The position numbers were made by a program, and so were the translations under genes. Positions 1-14,570 of a stretch of DNA of 64,000 nucleotides are shown here, piece after piece. The notes beneath the pieces are model-generated. The model did not search any database. It had not been told where the DNA came from and saw nothing but the letters and a program-made list of their open reading frames with translations. Source of the stretch: Stegostoma tigrinum (lineage: Eukaryota); assembly GCF_030684315.1 (NCBI RefSeq), contig NC_081400.1:8127464-8191463 (forward strand). The letters run 5' to 3'. The first letter of the stretch is position 1; every line of letters begins with the position of its first letter.

Positions 1-2395
1 CAATAGGTAGAACACTCTCCTGCAGCTCCTTGGCTCCTTTCAGGATTTTCTTCACTACCTCAACCAATCCCACTGGCTTAGCATCTTTTACCACATCCTT
101 TTTCTCAGTATCTTTCTTAAACCACCAGCCCTGTGACTTTGTGCGTTGCACCCTCTGGCAGTGAAAACATCTTTTGACAGTATCTTTCTTAAACTGGCAC
201 TGAGTCACTGTGTGTTCCAATCCTTGACAGTGAAAACGTCTAAAGCATCTTGGCTTCTTTTCACCAACTTCTTTTTCATTTGTGGTAAACTGTCCCAGCG
301 TGATCTACCTTTTGTTTTTCATTGGAGGATCTAATTTTTCCTCCAATTACGAATGTGTCTGGGATGAAATTGTTATCGGAAGCTAAATTTCAGTACTTTG
401 ATAAGTGAATAAACATCCTTCATCTCTGCAGCTTCTCTTACTTTGGTAAATTTCTGTTCTTCAGTATGAGTTCTTATCATCTCTGGAAGTGAGTTTTAAA
501 ACTACTCCAGCAGAATAATCTCTCCAAAATCCTCATATGTTTTCTCTCTATCTTTAATGCTCTCACACATCTATTGAAGTTGATGTCATTAATTCTTTAA
601 AACTCAACAAAACTCTGACTTGGTTCCTTCTATATGTTTCTGAACCATTGTCTATATGCTTCTGATACTAATTCGTAGGCACTGAAAATAGCTTGTTTTA
701 CTTCTTTGTAACCTCTTGACACCTCGTCTGACAACGCTGCGAATATCTCACCATCTCTGCCGACCAACTTAGTATGAATTAATGTCATCTACATATCCTC
801 TAGCATTTTATCTGCTTCACAAATTTCTCCAAAAAAATGAAAAAGGCTTCAACAGCTTTGCCAGTGATTTTTGGTAACATTTTGACATTTTTCTGTATTT
901 TGACATTTTGTTGGATACCGTGAGTTTGCTTATTCTCATTTCTATCTTGTACTTTTCCTTCTACCATTTGAAGTCTTTTTGTTTCAGGTTCCAACTCCAT
1001 CTTTTCTAAGGTGAACATTCTCTCTCTCTCTCTCTTTCCTTTTCCTCTCCTTGTAACCATAATTTAGTTCTCTCGCCTTCTTTTCATTCTCTAACTCCAG
1101 TTGTCTTACTTGCAATGTATGTTTAATTTTACAATGCCACTGCATTTGCCAGCTTCTCCGGTATAACTAATTGCTTGACTAACTCCATTAGAATTTCAGC
1201 TTTCCTTTTATCTCGAGTTAAACCGAATTCTAATTCATTTGTGAATTCTAATAATATATCATCCCTCTGCCTTTCTAAACTTCCTTGGAAATTTTGTGAA
1301 GCATCTTTAAAACCTCAGAACCTCTTTAACAATTTTAAAAGCCATTTAATTTGTGTTTGATTTAACCAACCACACGTAACCTAAATTAAACATATTTTTC
1401 TTACTAAAGTTTCAATTGAAGAACTAGTACACTCATTCCTGGCTGTAAAAAAAACCAAATCCTTCCAGATCCTGAACTTAATCGACCAAATCCCGGTCTT
1501 GAGTGCCCAATTTTTGTCATGACTGTGACTGGCCAGAACCCTGTGTTAATTAAGCCAAAATACAAGTTCCAATCTGCTATGACAGCAGTCAGGATTCCCT
1601 TTAATAAATACTCCCAAAACACCCAGAGAAGCTTATCTTTCCCCCTCACAATCTATTGAAGTACTGGCTAAAAGAAAGAAAGCCCCTGACCTCCAATTTA
1701 CAAGTAACAAGAACCAAGTTATTGATTTAATCCAATAATGAACAAATCAACAAAATTATTGGACGACTAACTATTCCCTAATTGATCTAAATTCGAATGT
1801 ACTGCTTTTTAAGTAAAGACAAGTCCCAGTAATATAAACTGAATTAATAAGAAGCAATAAGTTATAACTTAATCTGTCCAATTTTACACAGACAGTCTGC
1901 TGGAATATTCTGTCATATCTGGTCTCTGCACAAACATTTTTTTCCCGGTAATTGTGGTGTTAGGTATGTTTTATCTCTATGATTTCTGCAATGAGGACTT
2001 TGAGCTAAAATACTGTGGTACCTTTGATTAATTAGACGAAATTTCTTTTTTCTGCGAACTGAATGGTGCTAACACTGGCCGGAAGCCAGTACAAATGGTA
2101 GCTGGGTCTCCCCGACTTTCCAAATGCTCTCCTTGTATATACCGTAATGGCAAAATCAAATTCTTCAAAAATGATTGGTTTCAGGTTATTAACACCATTA
2201 GTTTTAAATTCAATTGACTTTGCATCGCTGAATTGGTTTTTGAATTAATCAGCCAAATTCAAACTCACTGCCAGTTTTGCCTGCCACTTGTAAGTCTTTT
2301 TGATACACTGTTTCAGTTTTTGAGGTTGCCTGTACTGGCAACTTCAGCTGCTGCTCACAGTCATTCGTTTTGTAATTATAAGTACAGACAAAGCA
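1..2395 (-). mobile_element. Decayed Gypsy-type LTR retrotransposon: 5' LTR, PBS and gag with two zinc-knuckle repeats
   Basis: Minus-strand ...TGACA followed by the PBS-like ttgggcactcaagaccgggat (~1490-1516). gag-like charged ORF at 800-1060. 72-bp tandem CFHC-type knuckles at ~106-249. LTR extent is approximate. Confidence 0.6.
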
Positions 2396-2399
2396 TTAA

Positions 2400-5002
2400 A
2401 AGAACATAGAACATAGAACAGGCCCTTCGACCCTTGATGTCGCGCCGATCCGTGAACTAATCTAAGCCCCTCCCCCGACACTATCCCATCATTATCCATA
2501 TGCTTATCCAAGGACTGTTTAAATGCCCCTTGTGTGGCTGAGTTAACTACATTGGCAGGCAGGGCATCCCACACCCTTACCACTCTCTGAATAAAGAACC
2601 TGCCTCTGACATCTGTCTTAAATCTATCACATCTCAATTTGCAGCTATGCCCCCTCGTACAAGTTGGCTTCATCATTCTCGGAAAAAGACTCTAACTGCC
2701 CACTCTATCTAATCCCCTGATCATCTTGTATGTCTCTATTAAATCCCCTCTTAGCCTTCTTCTCTCCAGTAAGAACAGACCCAAGCCCCTCAGCCTTTAC
2801 TCATAAGACCTTTGCTCCAGACCAGGCAATGTCCTGGTAAACCTTCTCTGCATCTTTTCCAATGCTTCCACAGCCTTCCTGTAATGGGGTGACCAGAACT
2901 GTACGCAATATTCCAAGTGAGGCCACACTAGCATTTTGTACAGTTGTAGCATGACATGACAATCCCCGTATCAATAACACCTAACTCACCATATGCCTTC
3001 TTAACAGCTCTATCAACCTGGGTGGCAACTTTCAGGGATTTATGTACATGGACCCCATTTCCCTATGCACATCCACACTACTAAGAATCTTTCCATTGAC
3101 CCAGTATTGTGCCTTCCTGTTATTCTTCCCAAAGTGAATTACCTCACATTTATCTGCATTGAACTCCATTTGTCACCTTTCAGCCCAATTCTACAGTTTA
3201 TCCAAATGTCCCTGCAACCTGCAACATTCTTCCACACTGTCTACCACTCCACTGACTTTAGTGTCATCTGCAAACTTACTAACCCAACTATGCCTGCGTC
3301 CAAGTCATTTATAAAAATGACAAACAGCAGTGGTCCCAAAACAGATCCTTGTGGCACATCACTAGTAACTGGACTCCAGGCTGAATATTTTCCATCAACC
3401 ACCACTCATTGCCTTTTTACAGAAATCCAGTTTCTAATCCAAACTGCTAAATCTCCCACAATCCCATGTCTCCGTGTTTTCTCCAAAAACCTACCATGTG
3501 GAACCTTATCTAAGGGTTTACTGAAGTCCATGTACACTACGTCAACTACCCTTCTCTCATCTATATGCTTGGTCACCTTCTCAAAATCTCAGTCGGGTTT
3601 GTGAGACACGACCTGCCCTTGACGAATCCATGTTGACTATCTCCAATCAAATTGTTGCTTGCTCGATGATTATAAATCCTATCTCTCATAATCCTTTCCA
3701 AAACTCATCCCACAATAGGCATAAGGCTCACGGGTCTATAATTACCTGGGCCATCTCTACTACCCCTCTTGAACAAGGGCACAACATTTGCAATCCTCCG
3801 GTCCTCTGGTACTAAACCTGTAGAAAATGAAAACTCAAAGATCAAGGCCAAAGGCTCCGCCACCTCCTCCCTAGCTTCCAGACAATCCTCGGAAAAATCC
3901 CATCCGGCCCAGGGGATTTATCTACCTTCACACCTTCTAGAATTGATAACACATTCTTCTTACTAACCTCAATCCTTTCAAATCTAATAGCTCGTATCTC
4001 AGTCTTCTCCTCTACAATATTCTCCATTTCCTGAGTGAAAACAGATGAGAAATATTCGTTTAGTACCTCTCCAATCTCCACAGGGTTCACACACAATTTC
4101 CCACATCTGTCTTTGACTGGCCCTATTCCTACCCTAGTCATCCTCTTATTCCTCATATACCTATAGAAAGCTTTAAGGTTCTCCTTCATTCTACCTGCTA
4201 ATGTCTACTCATGTCCCGTCCTTGCTCCTTCCTAGCTAATCTGTAACTCTGCATCACCTCATCTGAACCATTTCATCTCATCGTCACATAAGCCTCCCTC
4301 TTCCACTTAATAAGAGAATAAATTTCTCTAGTAAACTACGGTTCCCTTAACTAATCACTTCCTCTCTGCCTGACAGGGACATACCTATCAAGGACACACA
4401 ATATCTGTTCCTTAAACCAGGTCCACATTTTGATTGCCCCCATTCCCTGTATTTTGTTACCCCATTCTATGCCTCCTAAGTCTTGCCTAATCGCTTCATA
4501 ATTGCTCTTCCCCCATCTATAACTCTTGCCCTGTGGCATGTTCCTATCCCTTTCCATCGCTAAACTAAATGTAACCGAATTATGGTCACTCTCTCCAAAG
4601 TGCTCACCTACCACTAAATCAAACACCTGGCCTGGTTCATTACCAAGTACCAGATCCAGTGTGGCCTCCCCGCTTGTCGGCCCTTCGACATACTGCATCA
4701 GGAAACCCTCCTGCACACATTGGACAAAAACAGATCCATCTGACCAGTTATAATAGATACTGTTATAATGTTATAACACTCGTATAATGCTGTACTAGAG
4801 TTATAGCATTTCCAGTCAATGTTGGGGAAGTTAAAGTCTCTCATAATGATCACCCTGTTCCTTTCACTCCTGCCCAGAATCGTTTTGCCAATCCTCTCCT
4901 CCACATCCCTGGAACTTTGCGGAGGCCTATAAAAAAACTCCTGGCAGTGTGACCTCTCCTCTCCTGTTTCTGACCTCAGCCCATACCACCTCAGTGGACG
5001 AG
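2400..5002 (-). mobile_element. CR1 LINE, 5'-truncated and internally deleted (endonuclease + RT fragments)
   Basis: ORF fragments DFNFPNIDW, LDLVLGNEPG...GESDH, DKSPGPDGI, FFIQRVVRVW. (TTCTATG)n tail at ~2400-2420. Confidence 0.9.
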
Positions 5003-6127
5003 TTTGATATTGAACCTGAAGGTTATTCATCCAGCTGGGAATGAAATATGTCATATTGCTATCTGGAAGAATATTGATGACAATGCCACAGAATTAAGGA
5101 AAGATCTTGCTGCAACTCTACGTGTTGTACATGTGAGTTTAGATGCAATTATTCTTCTCCCCTTTTTGTTTCAAAGTAAAAGAAGTATTTAATGAGTTCA
5201 TATGTCCCATAATTTAATGTCTGAGCCAAAAGAACAGTCTGCCAATCCGAATACAAAGTTAATGTAATGCTAAGTGCGGACAAAAAAATGGCTAGGTATC
5301 AACTTTCTCATCACTTCAACCCAAATCAATGATCATAGGCTAGATAAGTCGAGGTTTCTGGTCAGTCGTACGATTGAAACATAAATCAGACACTGTACTT
5401 TCACTATGCATAGCTTTGGATGACACGCAAATATGTAATGGTTCAATCTGCTGTGGTAGCACAGATTTCGTGGAAGGAAAGGAACGTGTTGAATTAACAA
5501 GATGGGTTGTGATTTCAGTTTTGACTGGATATATTCAGGATTTTCCACCTTGCTCTAGTTATGGTGGAGTTCTTGATGCTGAGGTTCCACATGCCTGAAA
5601 GATTAATGACAACATGGTACATAATGCTCAGTAGCTGCTCATTAATTTTTCTACTGAAAATATAAAGCAGACAACTGTGGATGCTGGAACTCTGACTGTA
5701 TCTGGAGGAAAAAAAGCAGGGCTAATCTTTGGAGTTCAGTGACCTTTCATCAATAACACAGAGCTCATTGAAATGTCTTTCATTATTGGCAAATTGGCAT
5801 TACATTGCAAAGAGATAATTATATCAAGTTCTGGCGTAACGTATTCCATATTCAGGCTTTATTGTGTTCATTGATGCTAGCTCGAAGGGCCGAATGGCCT
5901 ACTCCAGCACCTATTGTCTGTTGTCTATTGTCTATTCCTCTACTAAATTACATTTCCACAGCCATGAGATAGAATTGCAAAACAGATAGACACAGCATAA
6001 AGTCGAGGAAATGATGCATTAAATATTACGAAACTCATGCTTCTTTTTGCTTTCTGAATGACAGATAACAGGAGAAGTGGTGTTCTAATCGTCATAAACT
6101 GCTTCAGCTGAGGAATGGTCTTCCCTG

Positions 6128-6172
6128 TCAGTGTCTTGAACCTGCAGTTGATGCCAGGCTAGCATACAGTAT
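6128..6172 (-). pseudogene. Copy A ITIM exon (ILYASLASTAGSRH*)
   Basis: Same length and motif as copy B exon 6. The acceptor reads cacgg| instead of cag|. Confidence 0.78.
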
Positions 6173-6433
6173 CCGTGGAAGAATGAATACAAAGCAATTA
6201 TACAAAGAAGAAGCAGTGTTCATTCAACATTTGGTGATAATTCTCCCATTCAGTTAGATCATATACGATTTTTATTCTCATGCTCTCATAATGGTTCCCA
6301 GGTGTTCACTAACATTAAACAAAATGGCAGTAGAAATGTTTCCAGATCTCTTCTCTTTCTGTGTACACAGCCATTTCTCTGAATGTAATGAAATAATGTT
6401 CAGAATTACCTTGGTACCAGTGTTAATCATCAC

Positions 6434-6596
6434 TTGTGGAAGCAAGGTCATTGGGGTCATTTAAGAGACTGCTGGACATGCATATGGTCACAGAAATTTG
6501 AGGGTGCATCCATGAGGATCAATGGTCGGCACAACATTGTGGGCTGAAGGGCCTGTTCTGTGCTGTACTGTTCTATGTTCTATGTTCTATGTTCTA
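6434..6596 (+). mobile_element. Short CR1 3' end
   Basis: Near-identical to ~23980-24142 and ends in (TTCTATG)n. Confidence 0.9.
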
Positions 6597-7107
6597 AGTA
6601 GATCGTGTCTTTCCATCCTTTACAGCCAGGGATAATTTCAAAACCTATTTAACTTGCTCTGATAAGGCAACAGTTTGAGCAGTGTAATCATTTCATCAAG
6701 GCACCATTCTCGAATTAGATACAGTTATTGCTTGTAAATTTCCAGATTTATACATGGAGCTAAATTCAGTTCTATAAAAATGTTAAATAGTGCAATTGTA
6801 TTGATTCATCAACTTGTGCAGCTGTTGGTTGAAAGTTGAACCTGCTAAACTGAGTTTTATAAAACCAGTGAAAGGCTATTTCAGGTCTTTAAAAAAAAAC
6901 ACTTTGTACATTTGCCCCTTGTTTATGCTCACAAGCTCGCCAGTCCTTGGTTCTTTTGTCCATGTTCCACTACCCTGATGTCACAACAAATAAGTATCAA
7001 AATGTCACACTGATTGTTTTAATTAACATGTAAAAATCAAAGAAAATGCTTGCACACTGTTGGGGATTAGGACATGTTGCGTTACAGCAAACGTGGGCAC
7101 TTCCTAC

Positions 7108-7216
7108 CTGAGTCCCATTTTCTGTATGCCCACCCAGCAGTGACAGAAAATGCCAACAAAATAATAATCATCACCACCAAAGTCCCATAATACTTGAATT
7201 GGTTAGTGGTCTGTGG
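7108..7216 (-). pseudogene. Copy A TM exon (QFKYYGTLVVMIIILLAFSVTAGWAYRKWDS)
   Basis: Aligns without gaps to copy B PFLLYGSSVLMIFLLMASTVVISWSRRNQNA. Phase-1 donor |gtagg. The available acceptors are out of phase, so the 5' boundary is approximate. Confidence 0.75.
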
Positions 7217-8339
7217 CTGTCCAGGAAAAAAGAAAGAGCAAATCCATCATATAACTCTGACATGTCTCGATACACTTATATCAATCTGACTCTTTTCCAA
7301 GATCTAATCCCTGTTGTGGAATGTAAAAGCATCAACATTTCTACCACAAAGCAATTTAATACCTTTTTTTTTCCATTTAGAACTCCTCCCTGTTTCTTGA
7401 CAATCATCATTTTTTTTTACTTACGCCCCCACTCCTCTTTAGCAAATCATGTCTAAATCCTTCCCTGCAAAGGTCTTGCTGGACAGCAGGCAAAATATTT
7501 CTGGAATTTGATGCACTTTATCTTTGGTTCAAACTTTTAAATGTACAGTCATCCACTTAGTGTTAAAGGTTCGATTCAACATGTTCAAAACTGCATTAAT
7601 TTCAAAAATAAATTTTCTTCTAAGTAACCCAAGCACAACAACAGTGATCCATAGAACGCTGTCACTTTCATTTGAACATGGAATGATAAAACTATATCCA
7701 TAGTACATTAATGTTTAATTGCAATATAACCAGCTTCTCTGTTTGGTGTTAAAAGAGTTGCCCATTTTTCATTTTGTTATTTTGTTCTGAAATGAATTTT
7801 GAGTCACAAGATGAAAATAACAGATAGGCTTTGGGACAACTTTGAAAGAGAGGAAATAACAGATCAGGTAAGTTTTTTTTTGTCAGGCCCAGCCTTGGAG
7901 ATTAATCGCAGTCTGATCATTGATTTTTTTTTAAAAGGCTACCAACCAACACAGTCACCCTAGGGAAAAAAAATGTGTTCGAAGACAGAGGAGAAGGTGG
8001 CTGTTAACGAGGGAAGGACGTGGCAGTTGTTTCCAGCAAGTCTGAAAGAGATCCAATATTCAAACAGATAGCAATTTTTAAATGCTGACTGAGTCCTTGG
8101 GCAGAGTCGATCAGTCAATCAAGGTGGAACCAGAATTCAAGTTTTTTTTCCTAAAATATCAATTCCTGAGAGATTGTACAGAAATGCTGTTCTACAGCAA
8201 GATGATTGCCATCTCCCTGCTGATCTGCTGCTCCAACTTCCAGAAGCTCAAAGAAAAAAAAACAGAATTATTGCTGGCTTTGCCAGGGTGAACCGAGGTG
8301 AAGTGAATCAACGTTTCAGAAAAAAGGGAGTCCATATTG

Positions 8340-10102
8340 GACGGCCGGTCCCTATACTCTTGCATTCCCCATTAAGATGGCCTAAAGGCCCTCCGCTTGT
8401 TCCTGTCCTGCAGGCCCGACCAGTCCCCCTCCATTGACACGCTCATCTGCCTAGCTGAACTCGTCCTCACCCTTAACAACATCTCCTTCAATTCCTCCCA
8501 CTTCCTACAGACAAAGGTGGTGGCCATGGGTACTCGCATGGGTGCAAGCTATGCCTGCCTCTTTGCAGGATATGTGGAACAATCCCTCTTCCAAAACTAC
8601 CATCCCCCACCTCTTCCTCTGTTACAACTCTGACTGTATTGGCGCCGCCTCATGCTCCCATGAGGACTCGAACAGTTCATCCACTTCACTAACACCTTCC
8701 ACCCGAACCTTAAGTTCATCCGGACAATCTCCGTTACCTCCCTCTCCTTCCTGGACCTCTATATTTTCATCTCTGGCAAATGCCTGGAAACCGATATCCA
8801 TTTCAAGCCTACTGACTCCCGCAGTTACACCTGTACACCTCCTCTGACCCACCTTCCTGAAAAAAGTTCATCCCCTATTCCCAATTCCTTCACATACACC
8901 ACGTCTGCTTCCAAGATGAGGCATTCCACTCCCAGGCATCCAGATGTCCTCATTTTTCAAGGACTGCAACTTTCCCTCCACAGTATTCGAAAATGCCCTC
9001 GACCATGTCTCTCGCATTTCCTGCAACTCATCGCTCACACCCTCTCCCAGCAATAACAACCAAAATGGAATAACCCTCATCCTCACGCACCACTCCACCA
9101 ACCTCCAGATCCAACGCATCATCCTCCGACACTTCTGCCATCTGCAATCTGACCCCACTACCAAAGACATTTTCCCTCCACAACCTTATCTGCTTTCCAG
9201 AGGGACAACTCTCTCCATGATTCCCTTGTCCGCTCCATACTCCCTACCAGCCCCACCACACCAGGCACTTTACCCTGCAACAGCAGGAAGTGCTACACCT
9301 GCCCCCACACCTCCCTCCTCACCCCCATCCCAGGCCCTAAGAAGACTTTCCACATCAAGTAGATGTTCACCTGCACAACTGCTAATGTGGTATAGTGCAT
9401 TCGCTGTTCCCGTTGTGGCCTCCTCAACATCGGGGAAACCAAATGGAGGGATGGGGACCACTTTGTGGAACACCTACCATTGGCTCACAACAAACAACTG
9501 CACCTACCAGTCACGAACCATTTCAACTTCCCCTCCCATTCCTTGAATGCCACGTCCATCCAGAGCCTACTTCAGTGACACAACGATGCCACCCAAAGGT
9601 TGCTGGAACAGCAACTCATATTTCACTTGGGAAACTTACAGCCCAATGGTATCAATGTGGTCTTCACAAGTTTCAAAATCTCCCCTCCCCTGAACGCATC
9701 CCAAAAGCGGTCCAGCTCATACCTGCCTCCCTTTCCTGCTCTCCCACCTATCCACTCCTCACACCTCAAACCCCACTCCCATCTCCTCCAGAACAGCCTC
9801 ATCCCACCTCCCTGACCTTTGCATCCTCCCTGGACTGATCTATCCGCTCCTTAACTCACCTTTACTGGTCCCAACGCCGCCTCCTTGACCTATCTGTCTC
9901 CCCTCGTTTATCCATCTTCTGTCCGCTTCCCCCTTTCTCCCTATTTATTTCAGAACCTCCTTCCCCTCTCCCATTTCTGAAGAAGCGTCTAGACCTGAAA
10001 CGTCAGCCTTCCTGCTCCTCTGATGCTGCTTGGCTTGCTGTGTTATTCCAGCTCTACACCTTGTTATCTCGGATTCTCCAGCACCGTTAGTTCCTACTAT
10101 CA
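8340..10102 (+). mobile_element. Penelope-like retroelement (RT + GIY-YIG remnants)
   Basis: AMGTRMGASYACLF RT motif, FTCTTANVV...C..CG..IGET GIY-YIG region, LIFHLGNLQPNGINV C-terminus, pyrimidine-rich tail and a hammerhead-type terminus. Confidence 0.85.
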
Positions 10103-13100
10103 GTGTCCATATTTATCCCTTTGAACACTGCATCATAAAGTGCGTTTAGGCAATCTAGCCAATTTTGATATTTTATTTTATGTATCCGTTTACTGTCTTT
10201 CTTATGTGTCAATGTGGAAGAAAACAAATGCTTCAGGTTTGGATCACATATGTTAACCAGCAGGTGGTACTATTTGATTCTCATTTTGGTAAAATTAATT
10301 TTATTTCATTAATGGTTTATCCTTTCTTTAAGGTTCAAACCTGGTGCCTAAAGATGAGGTATTTATGAAATCTGGGATTGTTTATTCAAAGTCTTGTTAG
10401 GAACCATTGGCCTGAATTTTTGAGGACTTTCTAATGGGTTAGTTTCACTGTGTATCAAAAACATTGGTAGAAAATATGCTTTGGTTCAGTTGTCTGTCTC
10501 TGTGTCGTAACTTGTAAACTTGAAACTTGGACCTTTAAAAACTGGCTTTTAAACGGTCAGGAATTGGATTTTAGTACATAGAATATGTCATCAGATGCAA
10601 AGTTTGTACACAGAAGTAAGATGGAAATTGTCAGTGTTTTTGAACATTTGGAAAGTTTCTCTGGTATGCTTGAAGGGTATGGCAAAACTTGAAATAGTCG
10701 AATTGACAATCATTGCTGATACAAGCAAAGAAGGCATCATGTTTAATAATGAGATAGTAGGAACTGCTGATGCTGGAGAATCTGAGACAACAAGGTATGA
10801 TTTCTGAAGAAGTGTCCCGACCCAAAACATCAAGCTTTCCTGCTCCTCTGATGCTGCTTGGCCTGCTGTGTTCATCCAGCTCCACATCATGTTATCTCAT
10901 ATTTAATAATGAGTTGGGTTTAATGGAAATAGAGGGGCGAGATATGATTTAGGCCATATACAAGATGCATTAGTGAACTTTGAGTTGCAGCTCATGTAAA
11001 CAGGCTTGTGAACCATTAGAATGACTTCCATTATGTGAGAAAAATGAATGGAATTCCAAAAAAACAGGTGGAACTTTAATCTTAAAAAAAAATTGAACGA
11101 TGAGAGACAGAAAGCGAAGAAAGAGAGAGAGAACGGGAATTTAAGTTAAAATAGAAACTACACAGGTTCAGCAACCGAAACAAAATGCTTGGGAAAACGT
11201 GGAATAAGAAGGTTCTAGTCACAATCTACGATTCAGTTCAGAGAAGTTTAAGTTTACTCGGACTTTGCCAAAAACATGAAGAGAAGGATGGAAAAGGTCA
11301 CATAGTTTTACACCCATTATGGTCTTCCACCGTGAGTACTGGCTGATCAAGGATCAAACCTTACATCAAGACAATCTCAAGATGTCATCAGTAGTTTAGG
11401 GCTTCAACATTCATCATCCACAGACTCAAGGTGGTTTGGAGGGATATCATCAAGCTCACAGTCAAAGTCTATTGTTATGATAGTGCAAAGGACTGGAACA
11501 AATTATGAGATTTTCTCTTATCTGCAGCCAGAGGTTATCTAAATGAATGTATCACCTTAAGCCCATTTAAGTTAGCTTATGGCCACGAAGTAAGAAGACC
11601 ATGAATACTAATTAGGGATAAATTGCTAGGCCAGTCAAACCAATGGGCAATGTTCAAAACGTATATCTACATTTCTCAAAAAGTTAATAGGAACATGTAG
11701 AGTTGCACAGGAACATTCAACAACTTCACAACACGATATGAAGGAGTGGGTTAATAAATGGGCAGCTACCAAAAATGTTAAAACAGGAGATGACTTTCTA
11801 TATGGCACCTGTACAAGTTGAACCAGCAAAATTGAAATTCAATGGCCCCAACAGAATAGGTTAAAGCCAAGAGAGTAGAAACCAACAGAATAGGTAAAAT
11901 GAATTATCCATGTAATCTACTAGTTGGCACTCCTGATTGTATGGGAAAAAAGAATATATTTATGTCAGGCTCCTAATTATTGACTACAGTTCCACGTTTA
12001 ACATCCTAGTTTGAATCAAACTCATCTCTAAACTCCGAGATCTATATCTCACCATCCCCGCCCCCACTCTTTAATTGGATCCTGAACTTCCTGGTCCATA
12101 GACCACAATAAGTAAGAATAGGCAACAACACATTCTCCACCATAATCCTCAATGCTGGTATCAGTTAACTGTGCACATACCCACCCACACATACTTTTTC
12201 TACTCTCATGACAATGTGGCCCAATTCAGCACCAGCTCCATTTACAATTTTGCTGTAGGTCAGATCTCAAACAACGATGAAGAAGAATACAGGAAAGGGG
12301 TGGAGTGCTTAGTGGCATGGCGAAGAAGAAAATTCTCTCCATAAGTATCCTCAAAATAAAGGAGGTGGTCACTGACTTCAGAAAATGGAGTGAACGGTAT
12401 GCTCCCATCTGCATCAACAGTGCTGAGATAGAGATAGTTGACAGCCCCATGTTCCTGGTGGTAGTTATCGCCAACAATCCGTCCTGGTTCACCTATACCC
12501 ATGCAGAAGTGAAGAAAACACAACGAATGTTTTAATTCCTCAGGAATCTAAGTAAATTCGGTATATTCTCAAATATTCTTACAAATTGTACAGGTTCACC
12601 ATAAAATATACCCTCTTTGGATGCTTCAGAGCATGGTTTGCAAACTGTTCTTCCCAAGATCACAAGAACTGACAGAGAGTAATGAACATGCAAACCAGCC
12701 TTCCATCCATTGATTCCATGTATACTTTCCACTGCCTTAAGAAAACCGCCAACATTCCCAAAGACCCCTTCCAACCCGGATATACTCTCTTCCACCCTCT
12801 GCCCTTGGGCAGAAGACACAATTGTTTGAATGAATGCACAAGTAGATACAAGAAGAGATAATGGGAACTGCAGATGCTGGAGAATCCAAGATAACAAACT
12901 ATGGGGCTGGGTGAACACAGGAGGCCAAGCAGCATCTTCGGAGCACAAAAGCTGATGTTTTGGGCCTAGAACCTTTATCAGAAGAGTTTCTTTCCCACTG
13001 CTTTCTGGTTTTGATGTAAGTGTTTATCTCTTTCCCTCTGCACCTTCTTGGCGGATCTAGACCTATATTCTGCACTCTATTCTGCTACCCTGATGCACTT

Positions 13101-13204
13101 TGTATTGTACAACCTGCCTGTATAGCACAAAGGAACAAAATCTTTCACTGTAGCCCAGTACAAGTGATAACAATAAACCAATCAGTTTGTTTCATGCAAG
13201 TATC

Positions 13205-13520
13205 GTCACAGAATCCCTGCAGTGTGGAAACAGATCCTTCAGCCCAACAAGTCCACACTGACCCTTCGAGCATCCCACCCAGACCATTTCCCTATCAGCT
13301 ACTTAATCTACGCATCCCTGAATGCTACTGGCAATTTAGCATGCCCAAACTACCGATCCTGCACATCTTTGGACTGTGAGGATAGGAAATCAGATCACCC
13401 AGAGGAAACTCACACAGACACAGGATGAATGTGCAAACTCCACACAGGCAATCAACTGAGAGTGGAATTGAACCCATGTTCCTAGTATTGCAAAGCAACA
13501 GTTCTAACCACTGAGCCAAA
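13205..13520 (-). mobile_element. HE1/V-SINE-type tRNA-derived SINE
   Basis: Reverse complement has the head tggctcagtggttag...ttcaattcc, a central tgtgtggagtttgcac domain and a CR1-like tail. Confidence 0.75.
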
Positions 13521-14227
13521 GCATTATTGTCAAGGAAGTAACGAGCATGTAGAGCTGTGGCAATTAATAATGTGGCAGAAGAGAATTAAAAAAAGAATAA
13601 GAGCGAAAGATACTTTGACCACTTCCAAATCTCTGAATATTTGAATAGCAAATTTGGATACCTGTAGCATTCAGACCTTAAACTAACATAAAAGAACTTC
13701 GGATGGTAAAAATCAGGAATAAAAAGGGAAAAGCTCAGCAGGTCTGGCAGCATCTGTGAAGGAGAAAACAAAGTTAAAGTTTCGGTTCTGGTGACCCTTC
13801 CTCAGAACTAATGTACCCCTGTTAACGTAACTGAAGAAAGATTTATCGACTGAAAATTTGAGATTGCTGAACAAATGTGAAGAATTTTGCAAATATACAT
13901 TTTGATGTACAACATTAGCCTGACCTGGTTTGGATATAGGTAATTTGTATTCAATAAAACAAAACCCACATCAGTTAAATCCTGAGGAATGTACTAAAGT
14001 AACAAGAATTTCAATACACGACCAAGAATCAATTGATCAAACCAAGCCTGAGTATTTAGAATTCACCTGCATACTGGTTCCTAATTCAAATGTTTGAATT
14101 TGGATACATGAAGACTATAGGGAAAAAATGTGCATTAAAAAGACACTTTCATACCTTACACCAAGACCGGAAGATTGCATTCATAGGGTTAGCAGTGCAC
14201 CATTCTTCTCTAAAATTGATTTGCTAG

Positions 14228-14570
14228 TAGGTGGTACAGTGGCTTAGTGGTTAGCACTGCTGCCTCCCAGTTGTAAGAACCTTTATTCAATTCCAGCTGG
14301 GGTAACTCTCTCTTGCAGTTTGTGTGTTCTCCCCCTATCTGCATAGTTTTTCATTGGGTCCTCCAGTTTCCTCTCACAGTCCAAAATACACAGGGAAGGT
14401 GAATTGGCTGTGCTATATGGTCCCATAGTATTCAGGGATGTGTAGTTTAGGAGGGTTAGATGTTATAAATTCAGCAATATGGGGTTATGGTAAACTGTGG
14501 GTATGGATGGGATGCTCTGTGGTGCAGACTCAATGAACCAAATGGCTTCTTACTGCAATTATGGATTCAA
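14228..14570 (+). mobile_element. HE1/V-SINE-type SINE (diverged)
   Basis: ggtggtacagtggcttagtggttagcactgctgcctc head, similar to the other copies. Confidence 0.7.

Noticed and set aside
3065-3604. Long ORFs such as 3065-3604, 8944-9546, 17646-18152, 23031-23546, 53315-53920 and 61317-61904 as novel genes
   Set aside because: They are antisense or alternative frames of CR1, Penelope or SINE sequence.
6278-6460. Minus-strand ORF near the copy A tail as a TM exon
   Set aside because: Not hydrophobic, no match to copy B, and partly overlaps a CR1 tail.
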